A stretch of DNA of 64,000 nucleotides from an uncultured Acidobacteriota bacterium. GTDB taxonomy: Bacteria; Acidobacteriota; UBA6911. Positions within the stretch are counted from its first letter, which is position 1, and the number at the start of each line of letters is the position of its first letter. This document shows positions 41,451-52,440 of this stretch, in pieces. The notes under the pieces are model-generated. The model was not told where the DNA came from. It did no database searches and saw only the letters and a program-made list of their open reading frames with translations. The translations under genes were made by a program, and so were the position numbers. The stretch is from assembly GCA_963761825.1 (NCBI GenBank), contig CAVXIH010000009.1, forward strand, positions 542,632 to 606,631, given 5' to 3'.

Positions 41451-41710
41451 CTCTATGTGTCAAGATTGCATGGGAGCAGGCACTCTCCGCGCTCTATAAA
41501 CAGCTTGCCAATCGGGCCCTTTCCGTTTAAATTTAGGGTGGTATTAATAGCGGTTTTTGGGGTTAAGTTACGTAGGATGTGTGGCTTTATGAGTACGGTA
41601 GTGCCGCAAAGAAGTCGGGGTTGGTGAACAACATTGAATTTTCCGCCGCAACCAATACCCCTGCGGACTATCTCTGGAAAATCCTCCCGACCAAGAATTG
41701 GAGCAAAGGA

Positions 41711-42268
41711 ATGGACCTAAGCGGGCAGGCAACTAATAAAGATGTGTCCCTGCAATCTGAAATTTTTCGGATTAGCGGAGAAAAAATACAGAACTGTTTT
41801 CAATGCCAGAAGTGTTCGGCAGGATGTCCTTTGAATTTTGCGATGGATATCCTGCCCAACCAGATATTCCGCCATATCCAGTATGGCCATCAGGATAAGG
41901 TACTGGCCGCAAACAGCATATGGCTCTGCGCTTCCTGCCACACCTGCAGCGTCCGGTGCCCCAACAGCATTGATATCGCTAAGGTTATGGATACTTTGAG
42001 GAGCATCTCGAATAAATCCCGCGCTGTTCCCGGGGACAAAAATATCTCGTTGTTTCACAGGATCTTTTTGGGGCTTACGAAATACACCGGCCGGACCTAT
42101 GAACCCGGGATGGGAATTTATGTGATGCAGACCGGAGGTTTGGGCGGAATGATGGGATGGACGATGAAAATGTTTCTGAGAGGGAAAATCGGCATTATCC
42201 CGACATTCAAAGGCGGGAGACAATTCAGGAAGCTTTTCAGTACGCTGGGAAAGGGAGGCGCAAAATGA
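41711..42268 (+). CDS. hdrC: HdrC, heterodisulfide reductase subunit C (2x[4Fe-4S])
   Basis: CFQCQKCSAGCP and CASCHTCSVRCP. RBS GGAGCAAAGGA before ATG 41711. Confidence 0.75.
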   Translation: MDLSGQATNKDVSLQSEIFRISGEKIQNCFQCQKCSAGCPLNFAMDILPNQIFRHIQYGHQDKVLAANSIWLCASCHTCSVRCPNSIDIAKVMDTLRSISNKSRAVPGDKNISLFHRIFLGLTKYTGRTYEPGMGIYVMQTGGLGGMMGWTMKMFLRGKIGIIPTFKGGRQFRKLFSTLGKGGAK

Positions 42269-43117
42269 AGGAATTCTCCTATTTCCCCGGATGCTCTCTT
42301 CATGGCACATCCAGAGAGTTTGATGAGTCAATCAAGGGCGTCATGGATCTTCTCAATATCAGGCTCCATGAACTTGAAGACTGGACTTGCTGCGGATCCA
42401 CTTCCGCCCACTGCCTGGACGAAAATCTGGCCACCGAAATGTCTGCCCGGAATCTGGCGATCGCCGAAAAGAGCGATCGGGACTTGCTGGTTCCCTGCGC
42501 CAGCTGCTACAGCCGGTTTAAGGCAGCCGAATATGAGGTCAAGGAGCACGGGAAAAAGGTCAGTTTCCCGTACCAAGGAAAAGTGCCAATCCGGTTTGCG
42601 ATGGATTATCTGTGCGACAAACCGGTCATGGAAGAAGTGAAGAAAAAGATGGTGAAGCCGCTCGCGGGGCTTAAGGCGGTCTGTTACTACGGATGCCTTC
42701 CCGTCCGGCCACCGAAGCTTACCGGGATCAAGGACTACGAGAATCCCATGCACATGGACCGGCTTCTGAAGCAACTTGGCGTCGAGCCGATTCAGTGGTC
42801 CTACAAAACCGACTGTTGCGGCGCCAGCCTGATGGTTACGCGCATGGATCTTTTCAGGCAACTGATCGGCAAGATCCTGGTCCACGCGAAGGAAACTGGA
42901 GCAGACTGCGTTGTTGTCGGCTGCTCGATGTGCCAGATGAACCTGGACACGCGCCAGGAACTCGTGGAAGAGCGACCTCGGCAGAAAAATCGATTTACCG
43001 ATCCTGTTCTTTTCGGAACTGATGGGATTGGCGATGGGACACAAGGATGTCGGCAAATGGTTCAAGCGGCATTTCAAGGATCCCATCCCGATGTTGAGTG
43101 CGAAAGGATTGATGTAG
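42265..43117 (+). CDS. hdrB: HdrB, heterodisulfide reductase subunit B (two CCG domains), C-terminal frameshift at about 42970
   Basis: FPGCSL...WTCCGS and CYYGC...TDCCGAS...VVGCSMCQMNL. The true C-terminus RKIDLPILFFSELMGLAMGH...KGLM is in the +1 frame. Confidence 0.8.
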
Positions 43118-43124
43118 ATTAGTA

Positions 43125-43207
43125 AGAGTTCCAGTTCCCAGGAGTTCCAGGTTAAACCGGTTGAGCTAATCCTGAATTCTGACTGAACCTGAATTCTGAC
43201 TCCTGAG
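43125..43207. repeat. short tandem repeats between hdrB and hdrA
   Basis: gttccag x3-like array, then a 14-mer gaacctgaattctgact x2. Confidence 0.35.
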
Positions 43208-43222
43208 ATTGAGAGGAAATGT

Positions 43223-46200
43223 ATGACTGATAAGGTTGGGGCCGTAATGGTTGTAGGCGGAGGGATTGCCGGGATCCAGGCGTCCATTGACTTGGCGGAA
43301 TCGGGTTATTACGTCTACATGGTGGAAACTTCACCCGCCATCGGCGGAGTGATGGCTCAGCTGGATAAGACCTTCCCCACCAACGATTGCTCCATGTGCG
43401 TGATTTCTCCGAAATTGGTGGAAGCAGGCTGCAATCTGAACATCAATATATTGACGGCCACCGATGTGGAAGCGCATTTCGGGTGAGCCTGGGAATTTCA
43501 CCGTTCGCGTTCGCAAACGCGCTCGTTTCGTGGATATCGACAAATGCACCGCCTGCGGAGACTGTGCTACCGCTTGCCCAATATCCCGCCCCAATGAATT
43601 CAATGCTCTGATCAACAACCGCAAGGCCATCTACAAGAGATATCCCCAGGCGATTCCGAATGCCTTCGCCATTGAAAAACGCGGCGAAGCGCCCTGCCGC
43701 AATGCCTGCCCGATTGAGCAGCGCGCCATGGGTTATGTGGCGCTGATTCGCGAGAAGCGGTTTGCCGAAGCCTATCGGACCATTAAGGAAGACAATCCCT
43801 TCCCCTCTGTTTGCGGCCGCGTCTGTAATCATAAGTGCGAGGAGGCCTGCACCCGCGGCGAAAACGGACACGAAGCGGTCAACATCATGCACTTGAAGCG
43901 CTTTGTGACCGACTGGGCATTTGCTCATCCCGAAGAGGTCCAGAAAGCGTATGCAGCCGGCATCCAGATAAGCCCCGGACACCACCGGATTGGGCAAGAA
44001 GGTAGCCATCATCGGCGCCGGCCCGGCCGGATTGACGGCAGCAAACGATCTGATCGCCAAGAATTACGCCGTCACGGTGTTCGAAGCGCTGCCCGCAGCC
44101 GGCGGGATGATGCGCGTGGGCATTCCCGAATATCGCATGCCGTACGATCTGGTCCAGAAAGAAGTCGATGAAATAGTCTCCAAAGGCGTCGAGCTGAAGC
44201 TGAACAGCCGCGTGGACGATGCCGCCGGATTGCTGGGTGAATATCAGGCGGTATTTGTTGCGACCGGCGCTCATGTCGGCCTCAAGACCGGCATCCCCGG
44301 AAACGATCTGCCGGAGGTCCATGTTGCGACCGATTTCCTGCGGGCGGTAAGCCTCAGAGACGCGTCCGCCAACCTACCGATTGTCAAGGGCAAGCGCGTG
44401 CTGGTGCTGGGCGGCGGCAATGTCGCGGTCGATGCGGCCATGTCCTCGGTACGGCTTGGCGCGAGCTGGGTCGGGATGACCTGCCTCGAGGGCGAAGGCA
44501 AAATGCTTGCCCACGACTGGGAAGTCCGCGATTGCCGCGATGAAGGAATCGATGTGATGCCCGGCAGGAACTTCCTGGAAATCACGAACAAGGACGGCAA
44601 GGTCACCGGAGTGCGGACCGTCAATGTGAATTTCCGCGGCTTCGTCGACGGGAAGATCGACATGGACGTAGATCCCGGGAACGGAGACTGTCGTTCCCTG
44701 CGATATCGTTATTTATGCCATCAGCCAGAGGCCCGACTAACCCTTTTGAAAGACAAGGTCGAAACGGCGCGCGGCCGCAGTGGCGGTGGACAAAAACACG
44801 CTCGCGACCAACGTTCCGGGCATTTTCGCCGGCGGCGATGCGGTCACAGGCACAACGTGGGTCGTCGAAGCCATCGATGCGGGACACAAGGCAGCCCGCG
44901 CGATCGAAGCGTATCTGAAGGAAGAAACCGCCAAGGCATGGCCTCCTGCCGTAACCGTTCTCGAGAGATTGCCTGAAGCCACGATCGATCCGGAACAGAA
45001 GGAGCAGTTAATGGAAGATCTACTCGCCAGGCTTCCCGTTTTGAACCCGCGAAGCGCGACGCCGCCGAGCGCAAGCACGACTTCAATGAAGTGGAAGCCG
45101 CGCTCAGCGAAGAGGAAGTGGTCGAGGCCGCCAAGCGGTGCCTGGAATGCGGCATCTGCTCCGAATGCAACCAGTGCGTCTATGCCTGCCGCGCCGGCGC
45201 CATCAATCATGACGACCGCGATGAGGTCGTGGACCTGAAAGTGGGCGCGGTAATTCTCACGCCGGGATTCAAGACGGTGGACGGCAATATCCGGCCCGAG
45301 TTGGGCTACGGACAGTATGCCAATGTGGTGACCAGCCTGGAATTCGAACGAATCCTGAGCGCCAGCGGCCCGTTTGCCGGCGTCGTCCAGCGCCGCTCCG
45401 ACGGCAAGCATCCGAAAAAGATCGCCTTCATCCAGTGCGTGGGAAGCCGCGACACTTCGTGCGGCAATGATTATTGTTCTTCCGTCTGCTGCATGTACGC
45501 CACCAAGGAAGCCATCATCGCCAGAGAGCATGACAACAATATTCGAGCCCACGATCTTCTACATGGATATCCGGGCTTACGGCAAAAACTTCGAAACCTA
45601 CTATGAAAGGGCCAAGACCGAATCCGGCGTCCGTTACGTCAAATGCGCGGTTTCAAGAGTCCGGGAAGAGTTCAACACCAAGAACCTGCTGATCACCTAC
45701 ATCGACGAAGCCGGAAAGATCGTCGAAGAGGAATTCGAGATGGTGGTCCTCTCCGTGGGCCTCGAGCCGGCCAAGCATACGGTTGCGATGGCCAAGCGGC
45801 TCGGCGTCGAAGTGGACAAATACGGATTTGCCAGCACGAAGCCCTTTACCCCTCATTCGACATCAAAAGACGGCATCTATGTCTGCGGCGTCTATCAGGG
45901 CCCGAAGGATATTCCCGAGACTGTTGCGCAGGCCAGCGGGGCGGCGGCCGATGCCATGGCGCCTCTCGCTATTGGCGCGCGGAACGATGATCGTCAAGAG
46001 AGAATATCCGCCTGAAATGGATGTCAAAGGCGAGGAACCCCGGATCGGAGTGTTCGTCTGCAACTGCGGCATCAACATCGGCGGCGTCGTCAATGTTCCC
46101 AAGGTGAGGGAATATGCAAGAACGCTCGAAAATGTCGTCCATGTCGAAGACAACCTTTATACCTGCTCGCAGGACACCCAGGCGAAGATCAAGGATGCGA

Positions 46201-47717
46201 TCAAGGAGCACAAGCTGAACCGGGTCATCGTGGCCTCCTGTTCTCCCAGAACCCATGAACCGATGTTCCGGGAAACCGTGCGGCAGGCCGGATTGAACAA
46301 GTACCTGTTCGAGATGGCGAACATTCGCGACCAGTGCTCCTGGGTTCACATGAAGCAGAAGGGAGAAGCGACGGACAAGGCGGAGGACCTTGTCCGGATG
46401 GCGGTCGCCAACGCGCGGTTGATCCAGCCCCTCGGTGAATCCGCGTTGCCGGTGATTCACAAAGCGATCGTCATCGGAGGCGGCATCGCCGGCATGACGT
46501 CTGCTCTGAAGATCGCCGACCAGGGCTATGAGGTCTTCCTGCTCGAAAAGGAGGACAAGCTGGGAGGCAACCTGTGGAATCTCCACTACACCCTCGACGG
46601 GCAGGATGTCCAGGCTCTGCTCGAAAGCACCATCAACCGGGTCAAAAACCATCCGATGATCCACGTCCTGATGAATGCCAGCGTCGTGGATTCCAGCGGA
46701 TCCAAGGGCAACTTCACTACCGGCGTAAAAGTCGGGCCGAACGGTGACTATCAGAAAATCCAGCACGGCGTCGTCATCCTGGCGACCGGCGCTCAGGAAG
46801 CGAAGCCGACCGAATTCCTCTACGGTGAAGATCCGCGGATCGTCACGCAGCTCGAATTGGAAAGCAAGATCGTCAGCAAATCCGCCGATGTCGCGAAAGC
46901 GAAAAAGATCGTGATGATTCAGTGCGTGGGATCCAGAAATGCGGAACGGCCGAACTGCAGCCGAACCTGTTGTGCCACGGCCGTCAAGAACGCTTTGAAA
47001 CTCAAAGAACTGAATCCCGAGGCGGAAATCACGGTCCTCTACAGGGATGTGCGGACCTATGGGCTGGCGGAACCCTATTATGCCAAGGCGCGCGAAAAGG
47101 GAGTCCTGTTCGTCCGCTACGAGCCGGAAGAGAAGCCTGAAGTGAAGAAGGATGGGCAGAAGCTCACGGTTTCCTTCATGGACAAGATCATCCGGGAACG
47201 GATGGATATAACGCCGGATCTCCTGGTTCTTTCGGCGGCAACGCATGCGAGGGATAACGAGGAAATCGCTTCCGTTCTGAAGATTCCGCGCACGCTGGAA
47301 GGCTTCTTCCTGGAAGCGCACATGAAGCTGCGGCCGGTGGATTTCGCCACGGACGGCATGTATCTCGCCGGCGGCGCGCATGGGCCGAAACTGATCACCG
47401 AAACGATCTCCCAGGCAAGCGCCGCAGCAGCCCGCGCGTGCACCATCCTTTCGAAAGAAAAGATGATGGTGGGCGGGGTTGTGGCGGTCGTCGATGGGGA
47501 ACGCTGTGCAGCCTGCCTGACGTGTGTGCGAGTATGTCCCTATGAAGTGCCCGTCATCAATATCGAGGGGGCGGCTGAAATCGATCTGGCAAAATGCAAA
47601 GGCTGCGGCAGCTGCGCGGCCGAATGTCCGGCCATGGCCATCGAGTTGATGCACTTCAGGGAATCTCAACTATGGGCGAAGGCCAAGCGCTCTGACAGCT
47701 GGCGGTCAGCCGAATAG
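43223..47717 (+). CDS. hdrA: HdrA-like megafusion (HdrA N-terminus, GltD/NfnB-like NAD(P)H oxidoreductase, full second HdrA), disrupted by 6 or more frameshifts
   Basis: Seven collinear ORF pieces from 43223 to 47717. VMVVGGGIAGIQASIDLAESGYYV, CTACGDCATACP, GltD-type KKVAIIGAGPAGLTAAND...GIFAGGDAVTG, IAFIQCVGSRD...CSSVCCMYATKEA, VFVCNCGIN...CSWVHMK, IVIGGGIAGMTSAL, and C-terminal CAACLTCVRVCP...CKGCGSCAAECPA. Shifts were traced to G-run or GC-run indels at about 43475 and 45990. Confidence 0.8.
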
Positions 47718-47800
47718 AGTGTATGTGAGAATGGCTCTGAAGAGCCGTCCGATGCAAAGGCCGGACGGTCCGGCAGAGCCGTCCTCACAAGGAGTAAAGG

Positions 47801-48353
47801 ATGGAAGCGATACAACAATCGGTACAGGAAAACGTGCAACCGGCGGGCTTTGAACCGGAAATCGTGGCTTTCTGTTGCGAGTTTTGAGCGTACAGCGCTG
47901 CGGACCTGGCAGGTTCGATGAGGCTCAATTACCCGACATTCATTAAAGATCGTTAAAGTGCCCTGTACGGGAAGAGTGGATGTACTAACCATCCTCAAGG
48001 CTTTTGAATCCGGAGTGGATGGGGTATATCTCGCGGGATGCCTGGAAGGAGAATGCCATTTCCTAAAAGGCAATCTCAGGGCCAGGAAAAGAGTGAATTA
48101 TGCCAAGACGCTATTGAAGGAAGTGGGGATAGAACCGGAGCGGCTGGAAATGTACAACATGAGTTCCGCTCAGGGACAGCGATTTGCCGCTATCGCCAAT
48201 GAAATGACGGAAAAGATCCGCGCTCTGGGGCCAAGCCCCATAAAAAAGGCAAAGGAACATTCAAAGCATAAGAGCGAGTTTCCCGTTTCCCGTTCCCCAT
48301 TATCCGGGGCTTTCAACGGGAAACCGGAAACGGGAAACGGGAACACAAGGTAA
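47801..48353 (+). CDS. mvhD: MvhD family protein with in-frame TGA (candidate selenocysteine) at 47885-47887 and one +1 frameshift at about 47948
   Basis: MEAIQQSVQENVQPAGFEPEIVAFCCEF-TGA-AYSAADLAGSMRLNYPTFIK / IVKVPCTGRVD...GCLEGECHF. Aligns residue for residue with MvhD at 4956-5456, where the TGA position is Cys (FCCSYCAFSAAALAG). Confidence 0.7.
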
Positions 48354-48366
48354 TTAGGAGGACGCA

Positions 48367-49038
48367 ATGATAGTAGGGAACAGGAAGTCGCTGGAAGAAA
48401 TCCTGCAAATGATAAAGCCCTATAAGAAGATATTGCTTCTGGGTTGCAGAGAATGTATTACCGTCTGCGCGGCAGGGGGAGAGCGGGAAGTCGGCGTTTT
48501 GGCTTCGGAGTTGAAGATGTCCCGGGCAAAAGACGGCCAGGAGATCGAAATCAAGGAATTTACGCTGGAGCGCCAGTGCGATTTTGAGTACATCGACCAG
48601 ATAAAGCCTTTTGTGGACGAATACGAAGTGATCGTTTCGATGGCCTGCGGAGCGGGAATCCAGTACACGGCCGAGAGATTTCCGAAAAAAATCGTGCTTC
48701 CTGCAATCAACACTACTTTCCTCGGCGTGACGCTGGAGCAGGGAGTGTGGAGCGAGCGGTGCCAGGGATGCGGCGAGTGCATCCTGCATCTGACCGGCGG
48801 CGTATGCCCGGTTGCCCGCTGCGCCAAGAGCCTGTTCAACGGTCCTTGCGGGGGATCTTCGACCGGCAAGTGCGAAGTGAACAAGGAAACGGATTGTGCC
48901 TGGCAATTGATCGTGGACCGTTTGAAAGAGCTCGGTCAATTGGAAAAGTACGAAGAGATCATCCCGGTAAAGGATTGGACGACATCGAGAGACGGCGGAC
49001 CCCGCACAAGAGTGAGGGAAGATTTGAGATTAGGCTAA
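48367..49038 (+). CDS. metV: MetV, MTHFR C-terminal-domain zinc-ribbon protein
   Basis: Paralog of 4291-4959 with the same Cys spacing. Intact. Confidence 0.7.
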   Translation: MIVGNRKSLEEILQMIKPYKKILLLGCRECITVCAAGGEREVGVLASELKMSRAKDGQEIEIKEFTLERQCDFEYIDQIKPFVDEYEVIVSMACGAGIQYTAERFPKKIVLPAINTTFLGVTLEQGVWSERCQGCGECILHLTGGVCPVARCAKSLFNGPCGGSSTGKCEVNKETDCAWQLIVDRLKELGQLEKYEEIIPVKDWTTSRDGGPRTRVREDLRLG

Positions 49039-49137
49039 GAAGCATTTATACGATTGACGATTGACGATTGACGATTGCCGTGAGATCGTCAATCGTAAAT
49101 CGTCAATCGTCAATTTCTTAATGGAGGATTTGAGACG

Positions 49138-50057
49138 GTGAAGACGAAATCGAACATTGAGCGTCTCTTGGAAGAGGGAAAGTTTGTAGTGACATCGGAA
49201 TGCGGTCCGCCGAGAGGGGCGGATCCGGAGGTCATCCGGAAGAAAGGGGAGTTTGCTCAAGGGTGTGGTGGATGCAGTAAACGTCACCGACAATCAGACC
49301 TCCATCGTGAGGATGAGTTCCCTTTCCTCCTGCCTGATTCTCAAGGAAATGGGATTTGACCCGATCTGGCAGATGGTGTGCCGGGACCGCAACCGGATAG
49401 CGATTCAGAGCGACATCCTGGGCGCCGCAGCATTGGGGATCAACAACATCCTCTGTCTGTCGGGCGATCATCAGAGCTTTGGCGACAATCCGAAAGCAAA
49501 GAACGTCTATGACATCGACTCCATCCAATTGATCCAGACCGTCAAGACGCTGCGCGATGAAGGCAAGTTCCTCAGCGGAGAAGAAGTAAAAGGAAAGCCG
49601 AATCTGTTCATCGGCGCCGCGGAAAATCCCTTCGGCGATCCTTTTGAAATCCGCGCCATGCGGCTGGGCAAAAAGGTGAAGGCGGGCTGCGACTTCATCC
49701 AGACCCAGGGCATCTACAACCTGGAAAAGTTCGCGAAGTGGATGGAGATGGTGCGGGAACGCGGATTGCATGAAAAATGCGCGATTCTGGCCGGCGTGAT
49801 TCCGCTTGAAGTCCGCGGGGATGGCGAAACATATGAAGAAGAATGTGCCCGGCATGGATGTGCCGGATGCGCTGATTGAACGGCTGAGCGGCGTGCCCAA
49901 GGAAAAGCAGGCGGAAGAAGGGATCAAGATCTGCGTGGAGATGATCCAGCAGCTGAAGGAGATCAAGGGCGTGCGCGGCGTGCACATCATGGCGATCGAG
50001 TGGGAACAGAAGGTGGCCGAGATTGCGAAGGCCGCCGGATTGCTCCCCAGGCCATAA
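49138..50057 (+). CDS. metF: 5,10-methylenetetrahydrofolate reductase MetF (2 frameshifts)
   Basis: Pieces 49138-49359, 49253-49879 and 49806-50057. KFVVTSECGPP, CLSGDHQSFGDNP, GVRGVHIMAIEWEQ. Confidence 0.75.
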
Positions 50058-50083
50058 AACGGAGAAACAAGTCAGGAATCCAG

Positions 50084-50146
50084 AGCCACAAATTACGCGA
50101 ATTGCCAAAATGGTCAATTTCGTGTAGTTTGTGGCTGTTTTTTTAT
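50084..50146 (+). terminator. rho-independent terminator after metF
   Basis: agccacaaattacg...cgtgtagtttgtggct followed by T8. Confidence 0.55.
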
Positions 50147-50546
50147 GGCGCGAATTCTTGTTATTGATGATGACTTGCACATGAGGACCGCCTGCGCGCG
50201 CGTGCTCGCAAAGGCCGGGCATACGGTCACATGCGCCGAAACCGGCAATGAGGGACTCAAGATGCTCGGCAGCAGCGCAGCCGGGTTCGAGGTGGTTCTG
50301 CTGGACCAGCTGATGCCCGGCATGAGCGGCATGGAAACGCTGGCAGGGATCAAGGTCATGGCGCCGGACCTTCCGGTCATCATTATCACAGGTTCGGTCT
50401 CCGACGAAACCTCGGCAGAGCTCGTTGACCGGGGTGCCTGTGATTGCCTGCCCAAGCCCTTCAACCCCGAACAACTCCGCACGGCCGTCGAAAAAGCCCG
50501 AAAAGGGAGTCGTCTAGTAAAATACGCCACGGATTCCACGGATTAA
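50145..50546 (+). CDS. single-domain CheY-like response regulator receiver protein
   Basis: ILVIDDD...VLLDQLMPGMSG...LPKPF. ATG abuts the terminator T-run with no SD. Confidence 0.65.
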   Translation: MARILVIDDDLHMRTACARVLAKAGHTVTCAETGNEGLKMLGSSAAGFEVVLLDQLMPGMSGMETLAGIKVMAPDLPVIIITGSVSDETSAELVDRGACDCLPKPFNPEQLRTAVEKARKGSRLVKYATDSTD

Positions 50547-50598
50547 CACAGATTGAAAATTTCGGAGATCTGTAAAATCCGTGGAATCCGTGGCGTAT
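50521..50598 (+). terminator. perfect 24-bp inverted repeat with T-rich tail, overlapping the receiver gene stop
   Basis: aatacgccacggattccacggatt ... aatccgtggaatccgtggcgtatt, then ttgtttggg. Confidence 0.55.
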
Positions 50599-50666
50599 TT
50601 TGTTTGGGAATTCGATGACTGTGCGCGGGTTTTGTATTAGTCTTTGGTGACATTTATGGAGATTGA

Positions 50667-52440
50667 ATGGTAGCACTCATAAGACTTTTCCGTTTTCTGC
50701 AGGGATCCGTCGGCCCGCTGACCATTTCGCTGATTCTGCTGCTGGCGTCCACCGGCATCCTACTGGTGCAGCCGCGGCTCATCGAATATGCGATCGACAG
50801 CGGGATCAAGACCGGCAGCGTCACCGCAATCATCTGGGGCGCGGCCGGCATCATCCTTACCGCAATCCTGGCGGCGGCGCTCAACCTGGCTTCCGGTTAC
50901 ACGCTTGATCAAGTCCTCGCAGCTGATGGGCTACGAGATGCGCAACGCTCTGTACCGGAAGGTCATGAGCTTTTCATTCGAAAACCTGGATCGCTGGCGC
51001 ACCGGCGAGCTGATGGTGCGGCTGAACTCCGATGTCAACACGATACGCATGTTCGTGCGCATGGGCATGTTCATGATCGTCCAATCGATCATCATGATTA
51101 TCGGCACGGTCATCGCCATGTACCTCAAAGATCCCGGGCTGGCACACATCATGGCGATCTTCATGCCACTGACCCTGGTCCTGTTTTTTGCCGTCGCCAT
51201 GCTTATCCGTCCGCTGTTCATGAAAGTCCAGGACCGCGCTGGATCGAATTGAACAACACGCTCCAGGAAAATCTCGCGGGCGCCAAGATCGTGCGCGCAT
51301 TCGCCCGTCAAAAACAGGAACTGGACAAGTTCCGGATCCGAAACAAAAACGTGTATGACATCAGCCAGAACGTGGGTTACAAGCTTTCTCTCTTTTTCCC
51401 CTTGTTCTTCCTGATCGCTCAGCTGGCTACGGTGATCGTCCTGTGGTCGGGAGGATCAACGCTTGTCCACAATGCGTCTACGGGCATCTCCGGCGGCCTG
51501 ACGCTGGGCAAGCTGATTGCATTCAACAACTATGCGACGATGGCGATGTTCCCGCTTATTGATGCTGGGCATGGTGCTGAATTTCATCAGCATGGCGATG
51601 GCATCGGCCGTGCGGCTGGACGCCCTGTTCCGAGAAAAGCCCTGCATCGAGGAAAAGCCCGGCGCTCGCAGCCTGCTTCCCTGAAGGGGAAGATCGAATT
51701 CCGCGGCGTTTCTTTTCGCTATGGGCAGGGCGAGAAGGCCCTGAACAACATTGACCTGGTCATCCAGCCCGGAGAAAAAGCTGGGCATTATCGGCACGAC
51801 CGGAGCCGGCAAATCCAGCCTGGTGCACCTGATTCCGCGATTTTATGACCCGGAAGAAGGCAGTGTGCTCATCGACGATATCGACGTGCGCGATCTCTCC
51901 TTCGACACCCTGCGCACGCGCGTCGCGATGGTCCTTCAGGAGACCGTGCTCTTCAGCGGAACAATCCGCGACAATATGGCTTTTGGCGCGCCCGACGCCA
52001 GCCAGCCCGATCTGGAACGGGCCGCGGAAATCGCCTGCGCCGATGGAATTCATCAATGAAAGACCGGAGCGGCTGGGATGCCTCCGTAGGAGAGCGCGGC
52101 GCAGGGCTCTCCGGAGGACAGCGGCAGCGCGTCGCCATCGCGCGCGCCATTGCGGCAGAGCCGGACATCATAATTCTGGATGACGTGACTTCCTCCCTGG
52201 ATGCAACAACAGAACGGCGGATTGTCGAAGCGCTGTATCGTGAATTCAAGGACCGCACCGCCATCATCATCAGCCAGAAAATCAACACGATCCGCCATGC
52301 AGACCGAATCGTGGTCATGGAAGACGGCCGCATTATCGCGACGGGAACGCACGAGGAACTGCTGCAATCCGACGCAACCTACCGCACGATTTTCGAAACC
52401 CAATCCGGGTCTCGCAGCGCCCTATGGGAGGATTCCGGCA
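50667..52440 (+). CDS. ABC exporter (MsbA/MdlB-like fused permease-ATPase), subunit 1, multiple frameshifts; 3' end approximate
   Basis: TMD pieces 50667-, 50788-51252, 51253-51590. NBD with GTTGAGKSSL Walker A, LSGGQRQRVAIARA signature, and IIILDDVTSSLD Walker B, in 3 or more frames. Confidence 0.65.

Noticed and set aside
47873-47960. tRNA-like GGTTCGA motif (aggttcgatgagg) inside mvhD.
   Set aside because: It is embedded in coding sequence with no acceptor or anticodon arm context. No tRNA or rRNA gene is evident anywhere in the window.
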